Made by a program: the position numbers and the translations under genes | Part shown: piece by piece, positions 1-8,486 of the stretch | Layout of the letters: every line of letters begins with the position of its first letter | Position numbering within the stretch: position 1 is the stretch's first letter | Assembly: GCA_029856435.1 (NCBI GenBank) | Contig: JAHQXB010000105.1 | Location: forward strand, 1 to 18,945 | Length of the DNA stretch: 18,945 nt | Direction: 5' to 3' | Source: Candidatus Jordarchaeia archaeon | GTDB taxonomy: Archaea; Asgardarchaeota; Jordiarchaeia; Jordiarchaeales; Jordiarchaeaceae | The notes under the pieces: generated by a model | Told to the model about the DNA's origin: nothing | Seen by the model: only the letters and a program-made list of their open reading frames with translations | Database searches by the model: none

Positions 1-1
1 T

Positions 2-61
2 TAGGGCGGAAAGTGTATATTTTTCAACCCACTTAGAACAATTTGGGATTTTGCCCCTCAT
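2..61 (-). CDS. 5' part of a hypothetical protein (MRGKIPNCSKWVEKYTLSAL...), continues past the left window edge
   Basis: Minus-strand ATG at 59-61, 6 nt after a perfect SD AGGAGGTGA (68-76). The frame is open to the edge. Not in the ORF track because it is truncated. Confidence 0.55.
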   Translation of the reverse strand, partial: MRGKIPNCSKWVEKYTLSAL

Positions 62-67
62 TTGGTG

Positions 68-76
68 TCACCTCCT
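68..76 (-). promoter_or_regulatory. Shine-Dalgarno motif AGGAGGTGA
   Basis: The + strand reads tcacctcct, at correct spacing to the ATG at 61. Confidence 0.6.
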
Positions 77-138
77 GAAGGGCTTTTGCATGTAAGAATA
101 TGGGGGTGACGCCTGCAAATTTTTCGCCCATAACCCTG

Positions 139-146
139 TTATATAA
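139..146. promoter_or_regulatory. Palindromic TATA box (TTATATAA), possibly bidirectional
   Basis: Archaeal TATA consensus, self-complementary, in the intergenic region upstream of the minus-strand CDS. Confidence 0.4.
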
Positions 147-226
147 GCGTAAAACACGTTCTCAGCGAAAATTCCAAACCACTGCTTGACTGGAGGGCGC
201 CGCAGAAGGCGGCTCAGCAGTCTTCC

Positions 227-391
227 ATGGTATCAGCATGGTGGTGTTGACTGCTTCTTCTGGCATTAGGTGTGGGGTTGAGTTTCTTCACTACGTTCCA
301 GCTTTTCCCCATCTTCATGTTTGGGGGCGTGATTTCGATTTCTGGTGTTGGGGTTGAGGCAGGTCTCAGGTCTCTTTTTGGTGGTGCATAA
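227..391 (+). pseudogene. Possible small membrane-protein ORF interrupted by an in-frame TGA (248-250)
   Basis: Manual translation: MVSAWWC*LLLLALGVGLSFFTTFQLFPIFMFGGVISISGVGVEAGLRSLFGGA*. Hydrophobic, about two TM-like segments. No family recognised. Confidence 0.25.
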
Positions 392-603
392 CTTGTCATT
401 CATAACACCGTCAACCCTATAACCCCCAACGAAAATATTCTTTTTGGAACACCATCACTCGCTAACCGAAAGGTGTCGCCCCAAATATGAAGTGCACTAG
501 AAACTTTTTATGTTCTATTTAACTTGTAGCGGATAGGAAGGTTCTTAGCCTCGTTCTGAACTAATAAATAAGTTTGAAATTAAATGGAGAAGGTGATTAT
601 TTT

Positions 604-2280
604 ATGTCTTCTGAATTGAGGAGTAGAAAGGTATATGGACAAGTTGAAGGATACATGGCGAGAACTCTACTGAAAGCATGTGGATTCACTGAGGAGGAGC
701 TCAACAAACCACTTGTTGCAGTGGTAAACAGTTGGACCAATATAGTGCCTGGGCATGTACATCTCAACACTGTAGCAGAAGCAGTGGAGGCGGGAGTGAG
801 AATGGCGGGCGGAACACCGCTCCAATTCCACACAATTGCTATCTGTGACGGCATTGCAATGGGACACCGGGGAATGAGGTATCCTCTCCCCAGCAGGGAT
901 TTGATAGCGGCTTCGATTGAAATGATGGTGGAAGCACACCAACTTGACGGAATGGTTCTTATAGGCTCCTGCGACAAGATTGTGCCCGGAATGTTAATGG
1001 CTGCAGGCTATCTCAACATTCCCGCTATACTGGTGAACGGGGGACCTATGTTGCCGGGATGCTACCGGGGAGAAAAAATAACTGGAAGAAGGGCTCTTGA
1101 AATGCAGTTTCTAAACATCCTCCTGGGGCCATCAAAAGATTTGGAGAAGCAGACGAGGGAGATATCCGAGGTCGTGGTGCCAGGCTGTGGCTCGTGCCAA
1201 GGAATGTACACAGCGAATACAATGGGATGCTTGACCGAGGCTCTTGGAATGTCGCTAACAGGATCCGCAACCATTCCTGCGGTTGACGCTCGAAGATTAA
1301 GGATAGCCAAACAGTCTGGAATACAAATAATGAAACTCATAGAGCAAGGCATTAGGCCGCGGGACATTATGACCTATGAGGCGTTTGAAAACGCTATTCG
1401 AGTGGATATGGCTCTGGGGGGGTCTACAAACACTGTGCTCCACCTTCCAGCAATAGCAGCCCAAGTGGGTATAGAAATACCCCTAGACCTATTTGATAGG
1501 TTAAGTAGGGAAACCCCACACCTCTGCAACATGGATCCCAGTGGACCCTACACGGTACAAGAACTTGATGAGGCAGGAGGAATACCAGCAGTACTCAAAG
1601 AGTTAGAAGGCGACATCCATCTAAATGCATTGACTGTTACTGGAAAAACCATTGGCGAAAACATTAAAGATGCAGTGGTGATAAACAGTGAGGTGGTTAG
1701 GCCGAAAAGCAACCCGGTTCACAAAGAGGGAGGACTAGCAATATTAAAGGGAACACTGGCACCAAATGGTGCAGTGGTTAAGCAGGCCGGTGTAGACCCG
1801 GGTATGTTAAAGTTTGAGGGAAAGGCCCGAGTTTTTGACTCCGAAGAAGATGCCCAGGAAGCAATTATGAGCCGCAAAATAAATTCTGGGGAGGTCATAG
1901 TGATAAGATACGAGGGGCCCAAGGGTGGTCCTGGAATGAAGGAGATGCTTAAGCCAACAGCAGCACTTATAGGTACAGGTCTAGGAAACAGTGTCGCATT
2001 AGTCACTGATGGCAGATTCTCGGGTGCCACTAGGGGGCCCTGCATTGGACACGTGGACCCTGAAGCTATGAGTGGCGGGCCAATAGCGGTGGTGAAAGAT
2101 GGAGACGTTATTTCGATAGATATCCCAAACCGTAGACTCGACCTAAAAATCCCAGAGAAAGAATTGCAGGAGCGATTGAAAAAGTGGAAGCCACCTGAGG
2201 CCAAGGTAAAGAAGGGAGTGCTAGACGTTTACTCAAAGATTGTCAAGCCCACTTCCAAGGGTGCAGGGTTTCTATACTAA
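604..2280 (+). CDS. ilvD: Dihydroxy-acid dehydratase (IlvD/Edd family, Fe-S)
   Basis: Motifs [82 protein letters not shown]. Start taken as ATG 604 after GAAGGTGA; the ORF track starts at TTG 574. Confidence 0.92.
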   Translation: MSSELRSRKVYGQVEGYMARTLLKACGFTEEELNKPLVAVVNSWTNIVPGHVHLNTVAEAVEAGVRMAGGTPLQFHTIAICDGIAMGHRGMRYPLPSRDLIAASIEMMVEAHQLDGMVLIGSCDKIVPGMLMAAGYLNIPAILVNGGPMLPGCYRGEKITGRRALEMQFLNILLGPSKDLEKQTREISEVVVPGCGSCQGMYTANTMGCLTEALGMSLTGSATIPAVDARRLRIAKQSGIQIMKLIEQGIRPRDIMTYEAFENAIRVDMALGGSTNTVLHLPAIAAQVGIEIPLDLFDRLSRETPHLCNMDPSGPYTVQELDEAGGIPAVLKELEGDIHLNALTVTGKTIGENIKDAVVINSEVVRPKSNPVHKEGGLAILKGTLAPNGAVVKQAGVDPGMLKFEGKARVFDSEEDAQEAIMSRKINSGEVIVIRYEGPKGGPGMKEMLKPTAALIGTGLGNSVALVTDGRFSGATRGPCIGHVDPEAMSGGPIAVVKDGDVISIDIPNRRLDLKIPEKELQERLKKWKPPEAKVKKGVLDVYSKIVKPTSKGAGFLY

Positions 2281-2602
2281 ACGTTTTTCCTTAAAGGCTA
2301 TTATTGAAAAATCACAAACTTTCCAATTTTGAAATTGGGAGGTGGCACTGTATAGAGTTTGCTACCTGGAGAAAAAGGAGTAATTTGGTTATTGGGATCA
2401 GCACATTATTTTTCCCTTCTTTTTAGTTTAATCCTTTTTTGAGAGTTTTAAGCCTTAACTGAGCCGAAAGTTCCCATCTGGAAGTGTGAAACGTTGGGAT
2501 TTCATGATGGAGTGCCCGAAATAGTTAAAATTCTCTTCGTTCTTCGATAATAATTAAGAATTGAGTAGAAGGGAAATATGAAATCTGGGAGGTATCAAGG
2601 AT

Positions 2603-3721
2603 ATGTTTATTGAGGAGGATGCGTTGTTGGAGAGTCCTGATTACTTGCAGGTGAGTCTGGCTGCTGCATTGACGTTGGGTTTTGAGAGCGGCTCATTTTA
2701 TCGTGGGGCTAAACTGTACTGTGTTAATCTCCTTTTAACTTATGGAAATGGTTGTAGGGCTAATTGTGCGTATTGTGGTTTGAGCCGTAGCAGAAAGGTT
2801 GGTGAACGCTTTAAAGATAAATCTTTTATTCGTGTAGATTGGCCTATTTATGCATTGGACAGAATCGTTTCTGCGTTGAATTCCTCTTTTTGTTCTCATG
2901 TTGAGCGGGTTTGTGTTTCAATGGTTACCAATCCAAGAGCATGCGCCGACACCCTTACTGTTGTTAAGAAAATTCGAAACCACACCCCACATCTTGTTTC
3001 CACATTAATCTGCCCCACGATTGTAAAAGAAGGCTGGCTGAATGAGTTAAAAGAGCTTGGTTGCGACAAAGTTGGTGTTGCCATTGACGCTGCTACACCC
3101 GAACTGTTTGATAAATTAAGGGGTAAGGGCGTTAAGGGGCCACATAAGTGGTCTCAATACTGGAAGGTTGTGGAGAACTCTCTTGAGATGTTTGGAACAG
3201 GAAATGTGGGAGTCCACTTGATCGTGGGCCTCGGTGAAACAGAATCTGAAATGGCACTTGTTATCCAAAAAATAGTAGATATGGGGGCACGAGTTCACCT
3301 ATTCTCCTTCTTTCCTGAGCCCCTTTCCCCCATGGAGAACCATCCCCAACCAAGTATTGGTCAATACCGCCGCATCCAATTATTGTCCTATCTAGTTTCC
3401 AACGGTTTAACTCATTTCGAGAGACTGGAGTTTAACGAGTTGGGCCAAATAATAGATTATGGTTTGGAAGCACAGCAACTGGAGCATCATATTTTAAAGG
3501 GGACACCGTTCATGACGACTGGATGCCCGGGAAAAACTTTGGATGTGGCTTGCAATAGACCCTATTCCGATTGTACACCATTTCAAGCATACATGGGTGA
3601 GTTGAGAAACTTTCCCTTCAAACCAAACAATGAAGATATTGCCATAATAGGGAAGCAAGTTTTTGATTACTCCAATAAACCCGCAATTCCCACCATTGAT
3701 AGAGCTGAGGATTTTATGTGA
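2603..3721 (+). CDS. lipS2: Radical SAM protein, archaeal-type lipoyl synthase subunit LipS2
   Basis: CxxxCxxC (CRANCAYC). C-terminal TTGCPG-KTLDVA-CNRP matches the TxGCPxC(N/D)RP motif described for LipS2. Adjacent to lipS1 and a lipoate ligase; SD GGAGGT upstream. Confidence 0.82.
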   Translation: MFIEEDALLESPDYLQVSLAAALTLGFESGSFYRGAKLYCVNLLLTYGNGCRANCAYCGLSRSRKVGERFKDKSFIRVDWPIYALDRIVSALNSSFCSHVERVCVSMVTNPRACADTLTVVKKIRNHTPHLVSTLICPTIVKEGWLNELKELGCDKVGVAIDAATPELFDKLRGKGVKGPHKWSQYWKVVENSLEMFGTGNVGVHLIVGLGETESEMALVIQKIVDMGARVHLFSFFPEPLSPMENHPQPSIGQYRRIQLLSYLVSNGLTHFERLEFNELGQIIDYGLEAQQLEHHILKGTPFMTTGCPGKTLDVACNRPYSDCTPFQAYMGELRNFPFKPNNEDIAIIGKQVFDYSNKPAIPTIDRAEDFM

Positions 3722-3784
3722 AAAGCCAAATGTTTACTAGATCAGTCGGCGGGGAGAGAAAAGTTGAAGAGCGCACCCCTTCTT

Positions 3785-4759
3785 ATGGAACGCAAGAGAG
3801 CTTTAGACATTAAGATTAAAAATTTTGGGATGAATATCTGGTGCTATTCGCCAACTATACAAACTTACAGCATCGACCAGCATAGACCAGCAGATAATTT
3901 TCGGTTCTGCTCCATAAGTGTTACTGGTCATAAGTGCCAGCTACAATGTGATCATTGCAGAGCACAAATTTTAGAATCGATGTTTCCGGCCGAGAGCCCT
4001 GAGCGTCTAGAGGCCCTAATTAAGGATTTTGTGCGGAGGAAAGCCGAGGGTATCCTAATCAGCGGTGGATCAGATTTGGACGGCACCGTTCCCCTATCAA
4101 AATTCATCCCCGTCCTTAAAAAAATCAAAGAACAACATGATATACTCCTAGTCGTACACACTGGACTAATTACGCAGGATTTAGCGTCAAGCCTTACTGA
4201 GGTGGGAGTTGACGCAGTGATGCTTGACATTATCGGCGATGATGAAACCATCAAGAAAGTGTACCATTTACAAAAAACTACCAGGGACTTTGAACACTCA
4301 CTGGAATTACTCGATAGGTACAATATTCCGAGTGTCCCACACATCGTTGTGGGATTAAATTACGGAAAAATTTATGGCGAATTAAACGCTGTTGACATAA
4401 TTTCGAAATATAGGCCCGAAGCCCTAGTAATAGTGGCACTGATGCCACTAGAAAACACGCCCATGAAGGACACAGTACCACCGAAACCATCCAGCATAGC
4501 TAATGTAATCACCTATAGCCGGATAAAACTGCCGAAAACACCCATAATTCTGGGCTGCGCCCGTCCCCGGGGCCCTCACAAGATTTCCACAGAAATACTG
4601 GCCATCAAGTCCGGAGTCAACGGCATAGCATTTATCAGTCAGGAAGGCGCAAACTACGCCGAAAAGCAGGGATTCAAATTAAAATTTAGCGACCACTGCT
4701 GCTCACTAATTTTCAAGGACCTTAAATCACAAGAGAAAGTGCAAGGGGGAATTTGTTGA
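3785..4759 (+). CDS. lipS1: Radical SAM protein, archaeal-type lipoyl synthase subunit LipS1
   Basis: CQLQCDHC radical SAM motif, ISGG, LGCARP (GC(M/A)R motif, 4553-4564) and C-terminal CC (4697-4702), both characteristic of LipS1. Start is uncertain (ATG 3785 or TTG 3764). Confidence 0.82.
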   Translation: MERKRALDIKIKNFGMNIWCYSPTIQTYSIDQHRPADNFRFCSISVTGHKCQLQCDHCRAQILESMFPAESPERLEALIKDFVRRKAEGILISGGSDLDGTVPLSKFIPVLKKIKEQHDILLVVHTGLITQDLASSLTEVGVDAVMLDIIGDDETIKKVYHLQKTTRDFEHSLELLDRYNIPSVPHIVVGLNYGKIYGELNAVDIISKYRPEALVIVALMPLENTPMKDTVPPKPSSIANVITYSRIKLPKTPIILGCARPRGPHKISTEILAIKSGVNGIAFISQEGANYAEKQGFKLKFSDHCCSLIFKDLKSQEKVQGGIC

Positions 4760-5577
4760 TGGAGTGGCGCATTATACGAGATAAGGCTTATACAGCTCCA
4801 ATGGGATTAGCTTTGGATGAAGCTTTGTTGAAAAGCGTAGAAGAGCGCAAATCGCCAAATATCCTAAGATTCTACTTTTTCTCGCGTCCCTCGGTTGTCA
4901 TTGGACACAGCCAAGACATAAGCGACGTCAACCTTGAATTTATAGAAAGGAATAGTATGAGCGTCACAAGGAGAATGACCGGGGGAGGTGCAATAATAAT
5001 GGGGTGCCCCGAGTGGCACTCACAAATAGGAATCACCCTCATCGTCTTGGACGATGGAACATATCCCTCAAAGATTTCCCAAAAATTCGAACTCTTAAAC
5101 AGGGGCGTGCTCCTAGGATTAAAAGCTCTAAACATAAACGCGGACTACTGCCTTGAAACCACGGACATCGTTGTTAAAGGCAGAAAAATTGCGGGTAGTG
5201 GAATCCACTCCACTTACTCAACATTCTTGTTCCACTCAACAATTCTGGTAGATTACGACATTCACACAATGCTAAGAGTAATCAACTTCCCTGAAGAAAA
5301 AATAAATGAGGCTTTACTGAAGAAGATGGAGAACGGGTACACCACAGTTAAAAAGGAACTAGGCCAAGAACGCGTAGACCCCCACTATGTGGAAAAAACC
5401 ATCGAAAATAACATAGTTCAAGCATATGCACAGTGTTTAAACGCTAGATTTACGCAGTCTAAATATACCGAGGAGGAAATAACAACGGCTAAAAAACTGG
5501 AAGCCGAGAAATATGGAAATGTGGAGTGGATTCACCTAAAAGGGGCACAGGGTATGGGAGCATGCTTCCTAAAATAG
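4759..5577 (+). CDS. Lipoate-protein ligase family protein (BPL/LplA/LipB catalytic domain only)
   Basis: LALDEALL, LRFY, PSVVIG, RRMTGGGAI, KIAG (conserved Lys), FHSTIL. The ATG overlaps the lipS1 stop (TGATG, 4757-4761), implying translational coupling. Confidence 0.88.
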   Translation: MEWRIIRDKAYTAPMGLALDEALLKSVEERKSPNILRFYFFSRPSVVIGHSQDISDVNLEFIERNSMSVTRRMTGGGAIIMGCPEWHSQIGITLIVLDDGTYPSKISQKFELLNRGVLLGLKALNINADYCLETTDIVVKGRKIAGSGIHSTYSTFLFHSTILVDYDIHTMLRVINFPEEKINEALLKKMENGYTTVKKELGQERVDPHYVEKTIENNIVQAYAQCLNARFTQSKYTEEEITTAKKLEAEKYGNVEWIHLKGAQGMGACFLK

Positions 5578-5845
5578 AACAGGAATATCAGTTGCTATGA
5601 GTTGAAAGGAAATATATGTTAAATTACTTTTTTGTGAACAAGTTTTTTGGAGGATTTAATCCGCTGCAACCATACAGAAAAATGTCAAAACTATAAATGT
5701 GCGAAAAGAGAACCAAAGGTGATGCAGATTTATTCGATTCCATCTTCCTAACAAGGCTCCAAATCGTGAAAGAAGCCCTATAAACACCCCTTTTTTGAGG
5801 CGAAACCGAACAATTCTACATCACCGAGAACCAAAAAACAAAAGG

Positions 5846-5851
5846 TTTATA
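5846..5851 (+). promoter_or_regulatory. TATA box (TTTATA) with purine-rich BRE for the ferritin-like gene
   Basis: aaaaggTTTATAttg lies about 55 nt upstream of ATG 5907; a GAGGAG SD is also present. Confidence 0.55.
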
Positions 5852-5906
5852 TTGTTTCGTAGCGTGTATCTTCCTTACAATTGAGGAGGCGTAAGAGGAG
5901 ATATAA

Positions 5907-6353
5907 ATGACCAAAGAAAGCATTCTGGAATTATTGAACCATGCTCTTGAGTTGGAGCATGCTGCTTATGTCCAATATTTAAGCCACGCTGAAATTGTTG
6001 ATGGGATTAACGCGGAGCCTATAATTGCAAGGCTTAAGGAAATCGCTGGCGATGAGCTGAAACATCAGGAAAAGTTTAGAACACTAATTGGGCTACTTGG
6101 CGGTGTGCCCAGCATGGGTATAGCAGCTACCTATCCCGCTAAGGATGTGAAGGGAATCCTTGAGCAGAACCTGAAGAACGAGAAAGAAGCAGTGGATACA
6201 TATAGGGGAATCATTGAAGCCCTCAAGAAGGAAAAGGGGAAAGGATACTACGACCACTTGCTTGAACATGAAGTGAGACACATCCTGATGGAAGAGCAAG
6301 AACACATAACAGAACTCGAACTCTTGCTGGGAATCCAGGGAAGCAGTTATTAG
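5907..6353 (+). CDS. Ferritin-like (bacterioferritin-like) di-iron protein
   Basis: Four-helix ferritin pattern with the full ferroxidase set: ELE, DELKH, NEKEAVDTY, EEQEH; 148 aa. Confidence 0.85.
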   Translation: MTKESILELLNHALELEHAAYVQYLSHAEIVDGINAEPIIARLKEIAGDELKHQEKFRTLIGLLGGVPSMGIAATYPAKDVKGILEQNLKNEKEAVDTYRGIIEALKKEKGKGYYDHLLEHEVRHILMEEQEHITELELLLGIQGSSY

Positions 6354-6376
6354 AACAAAAATAGCAGTTCATTCCC

Positions 6377-6390
6377 TTTCTTATTTTTTT
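6377..6390 (+). terminator. Oligo-T archaeal terminator after the ferritin-like gene
   Basis: tttcttaTTTTTTT about 25-35 nt after the stop. Confidence 0.45.
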
Positions 6391-6522
6391 GGAATTTTGA
6401 AAATCCCATTTTTCCGAATAGCCGACACAAATTGCATCCTTTAAGCATACCTTCTGAACAAAAACTCCTTAACTCATTAAAAACGGCTGAAAAAGTTTAT
6501 CTCCAGATTGGTGAGGTGAAGA

Positions 6523-6573
6523 TGTCTGAAACACATGTATACACCAAAAATGTGGAGAAGGGGGAAGCTTAAA
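6523..6573 (+). CDS. 16-aa small ORF (MSETHVYTKNVEKGEA), peptide or 5' stub of a lost gene
   Basis: Preceded by aaaaagTTTATc (6491-6502) and GGTGAGGTGA (6511-6520). Confidence 0.3.
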
Positions 6574-6578
6574 AAAAC
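6572..6578 (-). terminator. T7 tract after the acyl-CoA ligase stop
   Basis: A7 on + equals T7 on -, about 10 nt after the stop at 6588. Confidence 0.4.
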
Positions 6579-6587
6579 TGTTTCTAG

Positions 6588-8213
6588 CTACTTTAATCCC
6601 ATCTTTTCGCGTTCTCTCTTTATCAGGTCTCTTCTGAGTATTTTTCCGGTGATGACTCGGGGTATGCCTTCTACGAATTCTACCTCTCTAATTTTTTTGT
6701 AAGCCGCTATTCTCTCAGCCACCCAGTCGATTATTTCTTGTTCGGTTATTTTTCCTTTGTATTCTGGTTTAGGTACTATGAAGGCTTTGGGAATTTCTCC
6801 AAGTGCTGGGTCTGGTGCCGGCTTTGGTATTACGGCGCAGTCCAGTACTTTGGGGTGTTTGAAGAGTAAGTCTTCAAGTTCTGCGGGTGCCACGGCATAG
6901 CCCTTATACTTTATCATCTCCTTCATTCTGTCAACGAGGTGCTCGTAACCCTCCTCGTCTATGTATGCGACGTCTCCCGTTCGGAACCATTTTAAACCTG
7001 TTTTGGGGTCAGTCCAGAATGCTTGCTCCGTGGCTTCCGGCCTCCTCCAATATCCCTTGAAAACCTGTGGCCCCCTAATCACTATTTCACCCATCTGACC
7101 CGGTTCAGTTAGCTCCCTGTCGGTCAAGACATCCAATATCTTATGGTATGTGTCTGGCATAAGTATTCCTTGGGTTTCCAGTCTATTTCTGTGGAGGGGA
7201 TTTGCTGCCACTGGAGCAGCCTCAGAGAGCCCCCATCCCTGCCCCACTAGTAAGTCTTCGGTTGCCTGGCACTTTTCCTTTGCCAGTTTTTCGAATTTTC
7301 TGGCGAGCTCTGTGGGGACTGGCGCAGCTCCATTAGCCATCACGTGGAAGGAACGCCAATTATAACCTTTGACTTCTGGGTTCTCAAGGTGTCTCACTAT
7401 TAGGTTGAGGAGGGGTGGTACACAGAGGCTGTAGGTCACCTGATACTTCTCCACCAGTTCGCACCATTCTGAAGGATTGAAGCCGGACATTACAACCTGA
7501 GCCCCACCGTTCCAAATGGTGAGGTTCATGGATAATGCTAGGCCAAAGATGTGGTAGAGAGGGATGAGTATTATGAAAACGTCTGTTTCGTTAAAGTCAG
7601 TGTGGCTGGACCATTGGATAGTGTTGGCAACCAGATTATAGTGTGTGAGCATCGATCCTTTTGGTAGTCCTGTGGTTCCACTTGTGTACAGGAGGGCGGC
7701 AACATCCTCTTTGGGATTGTAATTATATTTGGGTGGGTTTGGCGGGTACTTTTCCAAGAGTTCACTGAAGGAATGGGTGTCTGGCTGCTTCTGTCCAATA
7801 ACTATTATGTTTTTTATCCCTGTTTTTCCTTTAACATTTTTAAGGATGGGGTACATGCCTTCGTGGATGATTATGGTTTCTACCTCGGCGTCTTTAATCT
7901 CGTATTCCACTTCGGATTCTCGGAACATGGGGTTCATCGGGACGAAGACTCCTCCCGCCTTGGATATTCCAAAGCAGGCAATCTCCCACTCGATACAGTT
8001 GGGAGAATAAATTATAACCCTGTCACCCTTCCTAACCCCGATGTCTGCTAGGGCGGTGGCAATTTTGCCCACAGATTCACCGAACTCTTTGTAAGTCATT
8101 TTTTTGGGGTGTAGAAAAGCATACCTGTCTGGGAACCGGCCCACGGTATCATCTAATATTCCAAAAAAGGGGATTTCGGGATAATATAAATGGCCTCCCT
8201 TATAAACCTTCAT
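6588..8213 (-). CDS. Class I adenylate-forming acyl-CoA ligase (long-chain fatty acid / 4-coumarate-CoA ligase-like)
   Basis: A3 LLYTSGTTGLPKGSMLTH, A5 GWGLSEAAP, GEIVIRGPQVFKGYW, A7 FRTGD, A8 DRMKEMIKYKG, A10 GKILRR. Confidence 0.9.
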   Translation of the reverse strand: MKVYKGGHLYYPEIPFFGILDDTVGRFPDRYAFLHPKKMTYKEFGESVGKIATALADIGVRKGDRVIIYSPNCIEWEIACFGISKAGGVFVPMNPMFRESEVEYEIKDAEVETIIIHEGMYPILKNVKGKTGIKNIIVIGQKQPDTHSFSELLEKYPPNPPKYNYNPKEDVAALLYTSGTTGLPKGSMLTHYNLVANTIQWSSHTDFNETDVFIILIPLYHIFGLALSMNLTIWNGGAQVVMSGFNPSEWCELVEKYQVTYSLCVPPLLNLIVRHLENPEVKGYNWRSFHVMANGAAPVPTELARKFEKLAKEKCQATEDLLVGQGWGLSEAAPVAANPLHRNRLETQGILMPDTYHKILDVLTDRELTEPGQMGEIVIRGPQVFKGYWRRPEATEQAFWTDPKTGLKWFRTGDVAYIDEEGYEHLVDRMKEMIKYKGYAVAPAELEDLLFKHPKVLDCAVIPKPAPDPALGEIPKAFIVPKPEYKGKITEQEIIDWVAERIAAYKKIREVEFVEGIPRVITGKILRRDLIKREREKMGLK

Positions 8214-8243
8214 CTTTAAACCTCACATTCTAATCGACTTGAC

Positions 8244-8259
8244 TTGAAGTAATCTTCAA
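8244..8259. promoter_or_regulatory. Inverted repeat TTGAAG-N4-CTTCAA, candidate operator
   Basis: Perfect 6-bp arms about 30 bp upstream of the CoA ligase start. Confidence 0.3.
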
Positions 8260-8449
8260 AATACTTAAATTTTATCACCCTTTGTGTCCCCACCGGGTGC
8301 AGATTGCGATTTCTGCCCTCCTCAATTTTACGGTTCCAGTATGAAGAGACATTTTAAAGTCTCACCATGAGGGGAATTTAAAGGAGGCAAGTCCTTATGT
8401 GATTAGAGATTTCACCATAAATTGTGGAAAAGATTAAAGTACCTCGGTA

Positions 8450-8467
8450 TTGAAAACATTTTTTCAA
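8450..8467. promoter_or_regulatory. Inverted repeat TTGAAAA-N4-TTTTCAA, candidate operator
   Basis: Perfect 7-bp arms just upstream of the GGAGGTGA SD of 8487. Confidence 0.3.
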
Positions 8468-8486
8468 CCCTTGGAGGTGATATTTC

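Noticed and set aside
199-222. SRP RNA-like segment (GAAGG...AGCAG)
   Set aside because: Only superficial similarity; the SRP helix 8 GNRA loop and flanking context are not present.
214-399. 61-aa minus-strand ORF from the track
   Set aside because: Low-complexity Pro/Thr/Ser/Lys sequence with no motif; it is the codon-aligned antisense of the hydrophobic + frame and is probably a shadow ORF.
2338-2393. GGAGGTG followed by a short frame (LYRVCYLEKKE*)
   Set aside because: No ATG at the right spacing, only about 12 codons, and nothing else supports it.
2603-4759. Biotin synthase (bioB) or RiPP maturase calls for the radical SAM pair
   Set aside because: LipS1/LipS2-specific motifs and the adjacent ligase fit better; no SPASM/RRE domain, transporter or peptidase is present.
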